Source: Chlorokybus atmophyticus (lineage: Eukaryota; Plantae; Mesostigma and Chlorokybus algae). Taken from it: DNA of 64,000 nt. Below the pieces are notes generated by a model that saw only the letters and a list, made by a program, of their open reading frames with translations, made no database searches and was not told the origin of the DNA. The DNA lies in contig RHPI01000810.1 in NCBI GenBank assembly GCA_009103225.1, forward strand, positions 1,105,965-1,169,964, written 5' to 3'. Positions 1 to 13,420 of this stretch are shown in pieces; the first letter of the stretch is position 1, and each line of letters starts with the position of its first letter. The position numbers were made by a program, and so were the translations under genes.

Positions 1-604
1 GTATGACCAGATTCGGCTGTGTGACACCACGCAACTTCAGTGCATACTGCTTGCATGTCAGCACGCACAGGCTTTTGTGATAGCTAATGTAGTAGCTATT
101 GTAGTACTAGCACTGCGTGCTGCATGCGCTTTGTAAGTGCATTCAGTGCGCCTGCACCTTGTCAAAGGATGTGGCTGTGAGGACCACCTAAAGTAATTAA
201 TGTCTCCTTAAGGCCTTGCGAACACACGACACTTTCGTTTGAAGCTTGCAGTTGGTGTGTCAGTGGTGGATGTGTGCGTGTTGTAACAACCATAGCCGCT
301 ATTGTGAGACAACAGTATACCTCGTGTGGTTATGAGTCGACGTCTTTGCGCATACTTGCAAATGCAAGCGCTTGCGAGTGTGCGCGGTTTTTGTGCGCAC
401 CACATCATGACGGCGCCAGGGGTGGAGCAGAGGTGCATGGAGGGAGAGGTGCAACTCTGCCATAAGCATAGCAGACGCTAGCGCTGGACTACGACAGCCA
501 AAGTTGGCTTTGTTCAATTCCAGCGTACGTGGTCAGCATGCTAATTTGCAAACACCCATGCATTATCAGCTGTACGTGTGCGAGTGCTTGCACTGTGTGA
601 AGTA

Positions 605-768
605 GTTGCAGTTGAGCAATAGACATGAAAAAAACTGATGAAGTTTACAGCAGTGACAACTGTGTACAAGAGATAATATGTGTCAAATGGTTGTTGCAGC
701 TGAGCACCAGACATGAATAAGACTGATGATGTTGACAGCAGTGACAATTGTGTACAAGAGATAGTATG
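605..768. repeat. Two-copy tandem duplication, 88-bp period
   Basis: gttgcagttgagcaatagacatgaa...gtgacaactgtgtacaagagataatatg (605-680) is repeated imperfectly as gttgcagctgagcaccagacatgaa...gtgacaattgtgtacaagagatagtatg (693-768). Confidence 0.85.
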
Positions 769-1067
769 ACTATTGCGCCTCCTCGAAACATTGTTCGTGC
801 CTTCAGCAGCAGCACACTGCCACATGTTCAAGCGAGCTGAAGCCAGACTAATCAAGTACCGTGTGTACAAAAGATGCAAGAGGGAATGGTATGGCTACAA
901 CATGCTATCTCAACAATGTAATCCATACCTGCACTATATTGTCACAGGCAGAACCAGGTGCACACAATTGATTGCGGAAGACTCGCGGTCAACTCAAATG
1001 GCTGCATTTCAGATGTATAAGAAAATTGTGTTGCTACAAGAAAAGTCTGGAGTTACAGGCAAAAGGC

Positions 1068-2650
1068 CTAGGCGTTCAGGCGCTTCTCAACAGCGTCCCA
1101 GCTGACGAGGCTATCCAGGAAGGTTTGGATGAACTTTGGCCGCAAGTTCTGTCAAGCATGCCCAGCGTCAGCACTAGTGCTGTCAAACATACACTGGACA
1201 CCAAAGCAGCCTGGCTCTGCAACACGCTTCGTCCCAGCAACGGCACTCTACAATTGCTGATTAAACAAAAACAATGAACTGACCTGGTAATCCAAGTAGT
1301 ATGCGTGCTCCCAGACATCAAGGGTCAACAGCGGCTGCAACAAGATGTAATCGTCAGCACCACAACATACAATGTCTGTCTTGCTAGCAGCTGTTGCCAG
1401 TAAATGCTGAGCAGTTTGACACCAATGATTCTGCTGCTTGTTTATCTGCGTAGCTTAGCAGCTGCTGCCCACGCCTACAGCGCCTATAAGCAGCAGACAA
1501 CATAATCTTACCTTCTGTCCTGAAACAAGGGGGTTGACGGCATTGGCGGTCTTGGTAATCTTCAACTTGCCACCATCCTCTGCAAGAGGTAACCGTTGAC
1601 AGCAATGTACACGCACGCACACACCCACATAACACAGCGACCACATTTGCACACATAGGCAAGCGCCCGGCGCACTGTTCCTGATCAAAGTCCAATCACA
1701 GGAAGTCTATAACTTACCAACGAGCCATGCCCAGCCAGAGCCGAACTGCGTCGCCGCGGCAGCAGAGAACTCCTCCTTAAACTTGTCGAAGGAACCAAAG
1801 TCCTTCTCAATGGCGGACAACAGTGCGCTAGAGGGCTTGCCACCACCGTTGGGTTTCATGGACTCCCAGAAAAACGTGTGGTTCCAGATCTGTAACACAG
1901 TATCGACTTCAAGCGTATGCAATGCGCACAAGAACTGCTGTTCCCTAATGCTGCACTGTTGTCTATGCAACACAAACCTGTGCGGCATTGTTGAATGTGG
2001 GTGCAAGGTTGCCGCCGTTGTAGCCAGCCTTGATGATCTCCTCCAGCGACTGCTTCTCCTCAGGCTTGCCCTCGACCTGCTTGTTGAGGTTGGTAACGTA
2101 CGCACGGTGGTGCTTGCCCCAGTGGTAGTCCAGCTGGTTCTTGGACATGTGAGGCTCAAGGGCGCTCTGCATGGAGCAACAGTATGATGGTCAATTTCGT
2201 AGGCAATGTTGACCTGAGTAATGTGTCTGTGGTGACAGTGCTGCTTGAAGTCATTCGCAAGCTCGGCAAAGAGCTACACACGCAGTGCATGCTCACCAAA
2301 TCCCACGGAGGAGGCGCCAGCGTGAACTCTGACCTGGTCACCTGGCGGCGGTTGGCAGCAGGCACCTGGCATCGGGCACACACATTGTTAACCACACCAC
2401 GACTACTCCATCAAGCCCGCATTACTACAACACAACGGTGTTATCCATCCAGCACATTCGTCAACAGCTTGACACATGCCAGCCACGTGCCAAGCATGCT
2501 AGACAATGTGGCAAGCACGCAATGCACACAAGCATGCATGACCACGTCAAGGCTTACAGCAATCGCATGCTGGGCGCGCCGTGGCACGGAGATGGCCTGG
2601 CCGGTAGCGAAAGCCGAGGCGGAAGCGGCGAGGGCGGCGGCGGCAGCCAT
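1068..2650 (-). CDS. FSD: Plastid iron superoxide dismutase (FeSOD), 7 exons
   Basis: Exons 2650-2558, 2365-2297, 2166-1978, 1889-1718, 1579-1512, 1334-1284 and 1148-1068 join in frame with GT-AG sites. Motifs: [15 protein letters not shown]|[38 protein letters not shown]|NLRPKF. Ala/Ser-rich transit peptide. Confidence 0.96.
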
Positions 2651-2994
2651 AGCGACAATGAATGACAACTATGACAACGACATACTCAGCCACGTCACAA
2701 CAGCACTTTGCGCCACTTTAGGCACAAGCATGCAAACCCTAATCTTGCCGAAGCATCCAGCCTCCCACTACCGTGGTCAATTTCAAGCCGTCGATCGTAA
2801 TCATCGCACGGTGCAGATGACTTTTTAATAGGGATCTGTGATCTGCGATCTCAGCGTGTGGCCGCCTTGCCTAAGTTGTGCGGCACTGTGCGAGGCGCAC
2901 AACAATCAAGTGCGGAACAACGCTGGTGCGGCTTGTGCGCACATCACGTGCTTGTGAGTGTATGTTTGACTGGGAGTGTGTGTCTGCATTGGTC

Positions 2995-4080
2995 ATGGCG
3001 GCGGCGGCGGCAGCGGCGGCGGCCGGTGTGGTGTGGCTGCTGGTCACATTGTGTGCGATTGTATCTGTCGTGGCACAGGACACTGCGCCCCCGCCGTTTG
3101 ATAACAGCAAGTGCTATGGCGTCACGGTGGAGTACGCCTTTTTTGGGGAGAGCAAGATCCCCAACCCCTTGGTGGACAACCTGTACACCTTCTCCGGACA
3201 GGTTGGGACACACTGTGCGTGGGTGTATGTACGCACGCGTATGTGTAAGCCATTCAATCTTGCAGCGTGCACAACTGAGTATATGAATGCACAACTAAAT
3301 ATTATCCTTGCCTATGTGCATAGTTCAAGTCCGGCATCAATGTGATAGTGATTGTTTACGCTTGGCAGATCACTATAAGTAATATTGGCACGAGGGCGCT
3401 GGGCAAGGTTTGGGGACTTCAGCTTGGCTTTCACAATGACGAGTCGGTAACAAGCGTGACCAACCTGCGAACAACGCCACCGATAGGCGCTGGTGGCGTG
3501 GCGGGCGCTGATATCACCTTTAAGGCCCCTTTGTATCTGTCCCAGCTGGTACCCGCCCTTGAGTCCAACGGCGACACATCACTATACACTCTCGTGGGTC
3601 AGGTGTCCGGCTCGAAATCGGGCCCGTCGACCAATGCACAGGCTATGCCAACATCCATATCCTTCACGGCGGTGGGATATCAGTGCCTCACGCAGTATGC
3701 AGAGATACCTGAAGCGGGCGCAGACAACCGTATGCGCATGTGTTGTGTTGAGAGGCCCTTTCCCCCTCCCCCGCCATCCCCACCAAGCGCGAGGCCCGTC
3801 GTCACGCCACCTGAGTTGAGACTTGCCGGTGCAGAGGTCTGGTGGGACATCATATCCCTGCAGGGGTCCACCTATACTGTTGTTGTGAATGTCGTCAACA
3901 AGCAGACGTACGCACCCATCAACTACTGGGAGGCCATGTGGAGCTGGTCGTGGGACGAGTAAGCACCTTGTTGCTGTCGCTGTTGGTGTCGCTGTTGTTG
4001 TGGTTGGATGTTGTGCTGCTGGTGGTGGTGGTCGCTGCTGCTGTTGTTGTTGCTCATGCTGATACTGATACTGATGCTGA

Positions 4081-4112
<32 letters not shown>

Positions 4113-5784
4113 TTGTCATCAAAGTCATCGTCGCTGTTACAGCTGCTGTTGTTTTATTTTTGCAACTCGCTGCTCGCAGGTTTCTGTGGGGTATCTCCAA
4201 TGCAGAGGACATCAATGCCGGGAGCTCAGGTTCGCGTGCACTGCTTTGACGTGGTGGTTACAGATATGTCAAGGTCTTAACCTGTTCCTTTGCAGATTGC
4301 GGGACACACCCCGGCGCTAGTGGATACGGCGCAAATGCTATCGTCAACGCTTACAGCTGCTCTTATGTCCCCGTCATACGCGATACAACTAGGTACATTA
4401 GAACCCGACAAACAACAGAAAAGACCACAATCATCAGTATATTTACCATTGCCAACAACAACAGTACTACTAACAACAGCAACAGCAACAGCAACACTAA
4501 TGACAACTTGTTCTGTTATGAACAGCAACAATGGCACAGTACCTGCAGCGGTGATTGTTGGAGCCGACAGTGCACGGAGCAACTTCACGATGACGGTGGC
4601 CATAGGATCGAGCTTTTGGGATGAGGAGGGCACGCCGCCGCTGCCGACCAACATCACCCTCAATGCGGGTGGGTTTGCGTGTGAGGCCATGGTGCAGGAC
4701 GACATCGCCCGCACTTACCCCTCGCCCAGCAACCCCAATCGCCGCTTCAGCGCAGTCCGTAAGTGCACGTATGAAACATGTGTGCTTGAGTACAGTGCAA
4801 CAGTGATATGAAGTCTCATTCAAGTTGATGTGTGTATGTGCAGTTTCTGCTACAATGTACTGTCCGCTGGCACCGGTAGAAACAGACTGCTGCGTGGGCT
4901 TCTCAGGTAAGTGCGACAGTTTAGCCAAATTATGCACACAACTTACCTGCCGATGTGCTATGTCCTTACACAATGGCACATCCACAGCTTACTACAACAC
5001 GACAGTGAAGGCGAAGTGCGATGCGTGTGCGTGCGGATGCAGCGCAGAGAAGAAGGACAACCCGGTGTGTTATGCTGGCACACCTGTGAGTGTTGCGGCG
5101 GGCACTTCCTCTTCAAATGGCGCTAGCAATGCGCAGTCCAGTGCAAAGGCCCCGCCCCCGCCTCCGCCCACGAGCGCGTGTGCAAACCATTGCGGTGTGC
5201 AAGTGTCGTACAACTTGAAGACTGAGTGGCAGCAAGGGTGGGTGGCGGAGGTGACTCTGTTGAACTACCGGCCCGACACGATCAAGGGCTGGTACGTGCT
5301 CATGCAGATGGACACCAAGGACAACCTCACCACCGTGTTCAGCGCCAACTACGCCTACGTCAACGCTTCCACGGGACTGTTCATTGTGTATGGCATCCCC
5401 TACTACAGCGAATGGTTGCTCGGCAATGGTGGATCGATGACATTCACCCTGCAGGTGAGCACATGTTTGCAGGCCATGTTAGTTGTATATAGCAAACCAC
5501 TACTACTTGTATACCTATGTTGCACTCGTAACTCGCATTGGCATGCGCATCTGACTCACACGTACCTACCTGTCGTGCAGTTTGCGAAGAAGAACACCAC
5601 ATTGGGCGTGTATTCAGCCACATACCCGACCAAACTGCAGCTCCTGGGCGAGCCCTGTGCCCTGCCTTTAATCAAGCCAACACGTGCTGTTGCCAAAACC
5701 AACGCTGCACTGTCGGGCTTCAGGAGTACACAACTTTGCTCACTGATTGCCGCATTGGCAATGAGCTTGTCCCTTCTACTATGA
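2995..5784 (+). CDS. COBL: COBRA-like GPI-anchored cell-wall protein (long COBL7-11 type), about 8 exons
   Basis: Signal peptide, then NYWEAMWSWSWDE|FLW, DCCVGFS|AYYNTTVKAKCDACACGC (COBL CCVSFSAFYN..CxxCACGC motif), VSYNLKTEWQQGWVAEVTLLNY, and a hydrophobic C-terminal GPI signal. Spliced frame is continuous. Confidence 0.88.
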
Positions 5785-6133
5785 TAGCAGAGGTTATACT
5801 GATAGATTGTTGAAGACAGTGCTGCTGGTCCAGGCACATTGCCAGGCCGCAACAATGATGTAGCGATGATGTGCAACATGCAGCCATTGGTTGACACGCT
5901 TGACATTGTGTTCTGAGATACTGATTACACAAACAACGGCTGCATGCCTTGAATACCAACAGGTACGCATGTAGTTCAAGGTCTTGACAGAGTTGTCAGG
6001 TGTGCGACTTACTACTGCACACTGAACTGGCACCGTTAATCATGTTGGTGGGTGCAACTTATAGTTACAACTAACAGTTACATAATTAGGCCAGTCACAC
6101 ATTAGCGACTGCCATGGTGTCGTCACTTACACC

Positions 6134-7168
6134 TTACTGAGCAGTGCTCTGGAACTTGCGGCGTATGTTACATACGAAATGGGACAGGTTGTTTGATGCG
6201 TTGAGCTTGCTGACCAGCTCGTCTAGACCGTCCATCGGAGGGGAACAACTCAACACTGCAACAACATATGCCAGTTGAGACAATGTTGTTCATAACAAAC
6301 ACGATGCATGTAAGCGCACCTTGGTATGTGTTGTCGTCCAGCACGCTTAGTGAAAAGGAGAACTCCCGCCCAGGACTCAATGCGTCGATGTTGGTCATGA
6401 TGAAGCTCAGCTCATTGTCTGCAACGTTGACAACAATGTGCTGATTCATTGCTGACGGAAAACGGTATTGTGCTGATGACTTGCAATGCATATGACGTGT
6501 AGAACGCTACCTTTCTGGTGCTCATAGCGTAAGCCAAGTCGTTGCTGGTAAGTCTATACAAGCAAACCAGTTTGTTTCAGTCACACCGAGCTCAAACAGA
6601 AAAGTTCTCAAACATACGGACAGTGGTTGTAAGAAACATTAACTATACATAATCACGCACCTGCACAGCCCGCCGCAGAGCGTCAAGCTTGGCCTCACGC
6701 ACACTGCCCTCATCGGCAAGGGCTGCAACGCACAGCAACAGTAGTCAACAAGGTAACTGTCAAAGGCTGCAGTTCTCTCTAATTAATCACTGACACATAA
6801 GCTTATGCATAATGTCAGTGCTTGCCTGTGTTCTGCTGCTGCAGTGTAGCCTGCTTTGCCTGGACAGTCTTACGGAGCTGCAGGACCTCTCCAGGGGCCC
6901 GCTGGCGCTCCTCGCGAAGGCGGTTAGAGCTCTCCTCCGCCGCGGTCTCCTGCTCACGCCACAGGAAGCTTCGCCTTTGAAGCCCGGCGTCCTCCTCTTC
7001 CAGGGAGGTCGCCTCAGCCCTCAGCCTGGCCGCCTCAGCCCTGCCGCCGGCTACCCGCCTGGCGTGCTCCGCCGAAGCATCCTGGACGGCTGACACCTGC
7101 GCCTTCGCCCAAGCGTCTACTACCCCCCTCGCCTCAGCCAGCTCCGTCAACGCCGCGTCCACCTCCAT
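6134..7168 (-). CDS. SPC25: Kinetochore protein Spc25 (NDC80 complex), 5 exons
   Basis: N-terminal coiled coil, then YQQRLGLRYEHQK|DNELSFIMTNIDALSPGREFSFSLSVLDDNTYQ|VLSCSPPMDGLDELVSKLNASNNLSHFVCNIRRKFQ, the typical Spc25 RWD domain. First intron has a GC donor at 6825-6824. Confidence 0.9.
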
Positions 7169-8706
7169 CCCTCCCCACCCTGATCCTTGCACCGCCGCCG
7201 CCGCCGCCGCCAACGCCTGGCAATTTTGTACCCGTTAGGGTTTGAAATGTTGCGCGGGAACTTTGAGCCTTGCCCCGGTTGTAGGAAAGCCAACTTGTCA
7301 TGGTCATGTTGCGGTCAATGCGGCTTGGACTGTATGAACAAACCATTGTCAACAGACTTTATGTCACACATCAACTCACAACAACAACACTACCTGTCTA
7401 CCGGCTTAAGCTTACATTGGGTCTGCAATGTTGGACTGTCTCGTATTGCGTTGTATAATTGTTAAACATAGTGTCAACCTCTACTTCAATATGTCACACA
7501 CGGAATCATAACGTTGTGTACATGCAAGTGCAATTTGCGTGCAATGAGCATAAGGGCTGGCTTAAGCCAAGGGTATTTGTGCTATGTAACAAACACACAC
7601 GCACATCACTCACTTCCATCTATGGTGCTACTATAAAAGTAGTTAAATTTTATTTGCTTACGTACGTGTATTCACAATAATATTATTTGCTTGCGTACAT
7701 GTATTCACGATACACGTACGCAAGCAAGGTTGTTCTTTACCGACTCTCATGCAAGTGAGTAGGCTAGAATGAGATTGAAAGCATACGATTACCATCTTCA
7801 GCTTAGCTTTAATGAATGTCAAGTGCTTTGCAAGTTGCATACAAATTAACGTATTTTATGATTTATTTGTGTTAACTATTACACATAAATAGAAATACTG
7901 CCATGGGTTGTTGTACACTGGTTTTTATTCATATGTTTGTCATATATAGCAAAACCTATAATATGTAAAAGATAATAATGATATTCAATTAAAGTTAACC
8001 ATAATCTATGATAGGCCTGTAACTGTAACGTAATGTGATGACAAACTTGTATGATAATATTGTCATAACAATCCCTTGCCAGTGAAGCATTCATGAATGC
8101 CGTTGCTATTACCTTTACCTTATTTTGTTGAGGTTGACCCCAAACAATGTACGTCTTAAACTTAATGAGTAAGTTTCTGATGTCGGTGTCTGAGTATAAA
8201 AAAACAACAGTCACTGCTGCTGCACTTTGTTTGCATTTGGCCACATTTTGGATAAACTCAGCGATGCCCCCTTAAACTGTTGAATTAGTAATTGTTTGCC
8301 GTGAATTACACCATGATGTGTATGCTTTGCATTTAAGATTGCAATTGCATAATTATTGAATTAATTAAGCTATTTGTTGTGAAGCTTACACAATACTACT
8401 AAATAATTGATATTGTTCAATGATAAGATTGAAGCACAGTACAATGCAAGTTTTTGCGAATTGTGTATAGCAGATCGGAATCCCCTTTTGTCATTGTTCA
8501 ACACCCATCACAAAGCCATGCATGACATGGTACCCTACAGCCTGTAGGCTACAGGGTACCCATTATGGAATTGTACATTTTGGCTCGGGTCGAGTGACTC
8601 GACTTGCGCGTGCGTGTGTCCAGGCAGGAGAAACCAGAGAGAAAGTGAGTGTGAAGTCTGCTTGACAGGTCAGTGTTGAAGGCTTTTCACGCCCCGTCCA
8701 CGTGCG

Positions 8707-10450
8707 ATGGCGGCGGCGGTGAGGGCGCTGGCGCTGGCGCTGGCGACGGTGTGGCTGGCCGCCTTTGCCTGGCAGGGCGTCACCGCAAGTACCGCTACAG
8801 TCGCCGTCGTGCCGCTCTCGTACCCAGACGGCGAGGCGGTCGCCGACGGCCGGTTTGGGGCCGCACCAGATGGGCAAGGTGGGGGAAGCATAGCTGGTTT
8901 GGCTGTGCATGGTTGTAGTTTCTTCATCAGTAAGACTTCGTCAATGCCTTTGTGCGTATAGCATGTGGTAAGCCGAAGCGCTGCTGCACAAAGGTCTGTA
9001 CTTGTGTCTTGTCAGTGGACTGACCAGTGCTGGGGTCAATTCATGTGCAGGCGTGCCTGCTATTGTGACCCCTGCTGTCCCTGAGGGTATCAAGCGCTCG
9101 CCTCATGAGATACGCGAACGCATGCAAAACCAGTCTCTTGTCTTCACGCTTCAGGTCAGTTAGTTGTCTGAGACAGTCCCTCGACAGAAATGTTTCAAAC
9201 TAGTACTGCTGAGCTGTAAGCTGCATTCTTGTCAGTGCATCGCTCACTTGGGCGCTTGTTTGTGGTTTAGATTATTGCTGCAGACCGGTCCTGGAGTCTC
9301 CAGAGACTACTTACATCCTTGGAGGCTGCGCATTATGACGGGGATGTTGTCCATTTGGAGATCATTGTGGACCATCCAGCTGACTCCAAGCTGCGAAAAG
9401 ACACTCGCGATGTTGCCACGAAGTGAGGGTTGTTATGATTTCTGCTGCATTGCATGTGCATGAAGGAAGCTGTGTAGCAAGCGTAATGGTGTTTGTTGCG
9501 ACTGCGTTTGGCAGGTTTGAGTGGATACATGGCCGCAAGACACTGCGCTTCCGCGAGGTGAAGGCTGGGTTGCGCCTGCAGTGGTTTGAGATATGGTTTC
9601 CGACGTCAAAGAAGGACGTTGCCATCATGTTTGAAGACGATGTCGAGGCAGCGTAAGTACCAACCAACCCACAACTGGTTTTAAATTGTGTGATTGGGTG
9701 TGAATGAATGAAAGAGTACCACAGCAGCATCCTTGCACATACATTGCAAACTGCGTTGTACAAACAATGCGAGATACAATTGCACATCCATAGCACATGC
9801 CACACACCATGCACCACAACAGACTCACCTGTGTTGCAATGTGTTTTGTTGTATGCAAGTATTTTGCTCCAGTGAATGCAGTGTGTGTGTATACTTCCCA
9901 CGTTGACGTACTTCCTTTTTGCAGGCCCTCATTCTATCAGTTTGCTAAATTGGCGGCAAAGAAGTACTACTCCGAGCAGTTGGACGCGCGCTGCGCTGGC
10001 ATCTGCCTGCACCCCAGCTACATATACGGGTTGCGGGAGCTCGGCACGCCCTTTTACAAGTCTGCGTCGCCATGCGCGTGGGGAGTAATGTTCTTTCCCA
10101 ATGTATGGCGCGAGTTTGTGGACTACGTGGACGATCGCATTGATACATCCTTTGAGCCCGTGTTTGAAGACAAGTTTAGCAACTTCACGGACTTGACCAA
10201 TGGCTGGCTTCGTGGCAAGCGCGACGTTTGGACCCCGTGGTGGATGAAGTTCATTTATGACAATGACAAGTACATCATCAAGTATGCTTTCCACGGCACC
10301 GTCAAAGCATTCACCCGCAACTGGCAGGAGAAAGGTGCCAACTTCCAGACCTCCCAAGGGACGAACTTGGACCTCATTGATGACGAACCATACAATGTGT
10401 TTGATGAGTTCCCACCACTGTCAGCACTAAAAGAGTTCAGAAGAGGATGA
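8707..10450 (+). CDS. Type II membrane/secreted GT-A-like glycosyltransferase (At5g12260-like)
   Basis: N-terminal TM; DRSWSLQRLLTSLEAAHYDGDVVHLEIIVDH; FEWIHGRKTLRFREVKAGLRLQWFEIWFP...MFEDD(V); WGVMFFPNVWREF. These match the plant At5g12260-type family pattern. Confidence 0.75.
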
Positions 10451-10587
10451 TGCTGCATATAGTGTATTACATAGAGTAGTAGAATTGCATTCTTTAAAGC
10501 TGTATAGAGCTAGACACGCTAATGGCTTTCAGTGATAGTCACAAGGCATTGTCACTGCTGTCATCAGTACAGGACAGAGCCATGCTG

Positions 10588-11080
10588 TTAAACTTCGTCT
10601 TCATTCAGCAACATGTTGGGGATGCCTTTTTTGATGGGGAACTTGCGGCCAGTCTCTGGACATATCAGCTCTCCCTCCTCAACATGAACCTGCAATGCGA
10701 TAAGTTAGAATGCATGCCATGTGCGAAGTAAACCACAACTAGGCGTGTGCAGTATCATGCTTAGCCCTGCATGCAAATGTGTGAGGTCAGTGCACAATGC
10801 TCGCCAAGCAGACCTCAAGTAGAGCTCGATGCAGCTTGTGCATAAACTCCTCATCGTCGGGCATGGTTGAGGCATCCTGGAGCTCCGGAAGGTCCTCGCT
10901 GATGGCGGCGGCGGCGCCTCGCAGGGCGGCGTAGTCAATCTTGGCCCAGAAGTTGCGCAGGAGGTCCGGATTGTAGGGCACCTCCTTCACCTCCACCTTA
11001 TCCGCCTTTATACCAAGAGGATACCCGTTCTGCACCCCTCGCACGTTGCTCGCCAGCAGGTTGTGCGTCAGCAGCCGCAT
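10588..11080 (-). CDS. TRM112: Methyltransferase activator Trm112, 2 exons (11080-10814, 10689-10588)
   Basis: MRLLTHNLL...GYPLGI...LHRALLE|[33 protein letters not shown]. Confidence 0.96.
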
Positions 11081-11296
11081 CCCTCTTCCGACCCCACCAC
11101 CGCCGCCGCCGCCGCCGCCGCCGCTTGATCGCCACTATTCCTACATTGAACCCTAGCCCTAATCGTAATAACAGGTCATAATCCCCAGTATGCGGCGCAG
11201 CAGTTTATGCAGCGACATACAAGGATGTGTTGTTTGGCTCAGCTCTAAACCCTAAGCTCCAATCCGTAGGGTTTAGTTAGGGGTTGCCACGTGGCG
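11081..11296. promoter_or_regulatory. 216-bp bidirectional promoter (TRM112 / TFIIF-beta) with telo-boxes
   Basis: Head-to-head ATGs at 11080 and 11297. AAACCCTAA at 11247-11255, TAGGGTTT at 11267-11274, TTAGGGTT at 11277-11284, AACCCTAG at 11149-11156. (GCC)n at about 11097-11124. Confidence 0.6.
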
Positions 11297-13420
11297 ATGG
11301 CGTCCGGGGCGGCGGCGGCGGCGGCGCTGGACACGCAGAGGTCGGAGCGACGAGTGTGGTTAGTGAAGGTAATTGATGATCTTTCTGCTGCTGCCGACAA
11401 TGGGCCGCAGTTCTGCTTGCATTGCGCTTTCCATGCTCTGCTGGTGTTGCATGCACTGTGCTTCCCAAACAAGGTTGTGTATGTTTTACACATGTCACAA
11501 ATGTTACACTTGACAATACTTTACAGTTGTAAATGTAGGCATTGAGGATTGGTGCCTTAACATGAATACGAACATGCCTCCACTTTACTAGGTACTGCAT
11601 GTCAACCACATTCTCGTTAAGCACACCGCTCTTGCGCTTGATGTTGTTTCCTCTTGCATTCCGGTGCACTTTTCGGTTTTGTTATTTTTTGATTTATTTT
11701 ATTCTTGCACGCAATATATGCTCGCATGCACCAGCAATTCGCAAATGTTCGGCCATTGCAGTTTCTTGTTTGGGCGAGTAAACTACTGCACGAAATCGCC
11801 TCTACTGGCCTTTTGTACCTGTACCTTTAACAATAATTGCACTCCTATCTCCTCAAGCCTGCCTTTGCATGCTGTTAGGTGCCAACGGCAGTGGCAAGCA
11901 AGTGGGCACCAACGGCGGAGGCAACAACAGTTAGAACCACCACAACAACAGCAGCGACGACAACAGCAGCAGCAGCGGCAGCGGCAGCGGCGGCCGCAGC
12001 AGACCCAGCACAGCGGCCAACAGTTGGGCGTGTAACGATGAGCTTTGACCCGCGGTCGCAGGATCCCGCGCAGTTCAGCGTCGCGCTGCCGGACGGCGGC
12101 AGCTACGTGCTTGCGTTTCAGGACGACTCACCTAGCATGCAGGCAAGTGGCGTAGTAACCATGCAATCTCACGTGCGTTTGCGGACATGCGTATGCACGT
12201 GCGCACACACGCACAAGCACAAGCACCTTTATACACTTGCATGCGCACATGCGCGCGCACACACATGCATGCGTGCTCCCATGCACTCACTCTCTCTCCT
12301 GCGCATCATCTGACCATAATGCACATGTGTATAAGCACACGTGAGTAGGTATGCAGCTGTGACAACGCCTTGGATGGGCATCGAACATTGCGGTTTGCAT
12401 GGAATTGAACGCACATGGTTTACAGGTGTTCAGTGTGGGTGCGACTGGTGGAGTAGCAGCAGAGGGTTGGGTACGCCCGGGTTCGTTCCCCTGCAATTGC
12501 AATGCAGTGTTGTAAAGCTCTTCAACGCGCAGCAACTGAGGGCAGCTGCTTTTTTTCACCAACAGGTGGACAGAAAGGGTGACTTGTCGGCGGCTCCGGA
12601 AGATGCCAACAATAGGGACTACATGCAAAAAGTACGGCAGCGGACAATGGCTGCCAATGTGCAGCACAAGTCTCGTCAACTCCAGGTACGCTCCCGCTCA
12701 CAGGCGAGGAGCAAACTCAGTTTGCCTGTCGCACAAGTCGTGTGGTTAAATGTTCAACTAGAGCCAACTTGTGGGGTGGAGTTTGTGTGTCACTTTGCCG
12801 GAATCAACCCAGCATTGCTTAAATGTTACCAAAAGTTGTGCGGTTGATCAAGCTTCGCGAATAACTTTTGGATATTCACTCATAGCAACTTCTTACACCA
12901 ATTTACACACCCAAACCCACTCTATGGCGTTTGTATAGCATGTGTTCATGCCGTGCATTGGTGATGGTACTGTGCTGTGTCACAGGTTATTGATGACAAG
13001 CACGGGGCCTTGATGCGGCCGCTGCCTACGGCAAACTTGTTTGCGGGATCTGCTGCGGTGCGTGCGCGCGCAAGCGGCCGAAAACCTTCTGACGACAAGC
13101 GCGAGCGCATGGAGAGGAAAAGCCTTGAAGACCTTATCTTTTCCTTATTTGAGCGCCAGCCGCATTGGTCCTTCAAGCAGATGACGGATGAGACGCAGCA
13201 GCCTGCTGTTTACTTGAAAGAGGTGTGAGTTTGTCACTTATGATTAGGCTTCAACTCACTTGGTTGATGAGTCATTTTGGTAACAGCATCAATGGTGTGT
13301 TGTGTGCAGGTTTTGCAAGACCTTGCTGTGTACAACAAGAGGGGCCCACATCAGGGGCTGTATGAGGTAAAGCCTGAGTACCGAGCGCACAACAAGGCGG
13401 AGGTGAAACCGCCCGGATAA
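11297..13420 (+). CDS. GTF2F2: Transcription initiation factor IIF beta subunit (RAP30), 6 exons
   Basis: RRVWLVK|VP; SMQ|VFSVG...EGW|VDRKGDL; RERMERKSLEDLIFSLFERQPHWSFKQMTDETQQPAVYLKE|VLQDLAVYNKRGPHQGLYEVKPEY (winged helix). Coding poly-Thr/Ala tract. GC donor at 12143. Confidence 0.93.

Noticed and set aside
773-1277. Plus-strand ORFs 773-1105 and 972-1277 as independent genes or a LINE remnant
   Set aside because: They overlap, in antisense, the last FeSOD exons and its 3' region. No recognisable motif.
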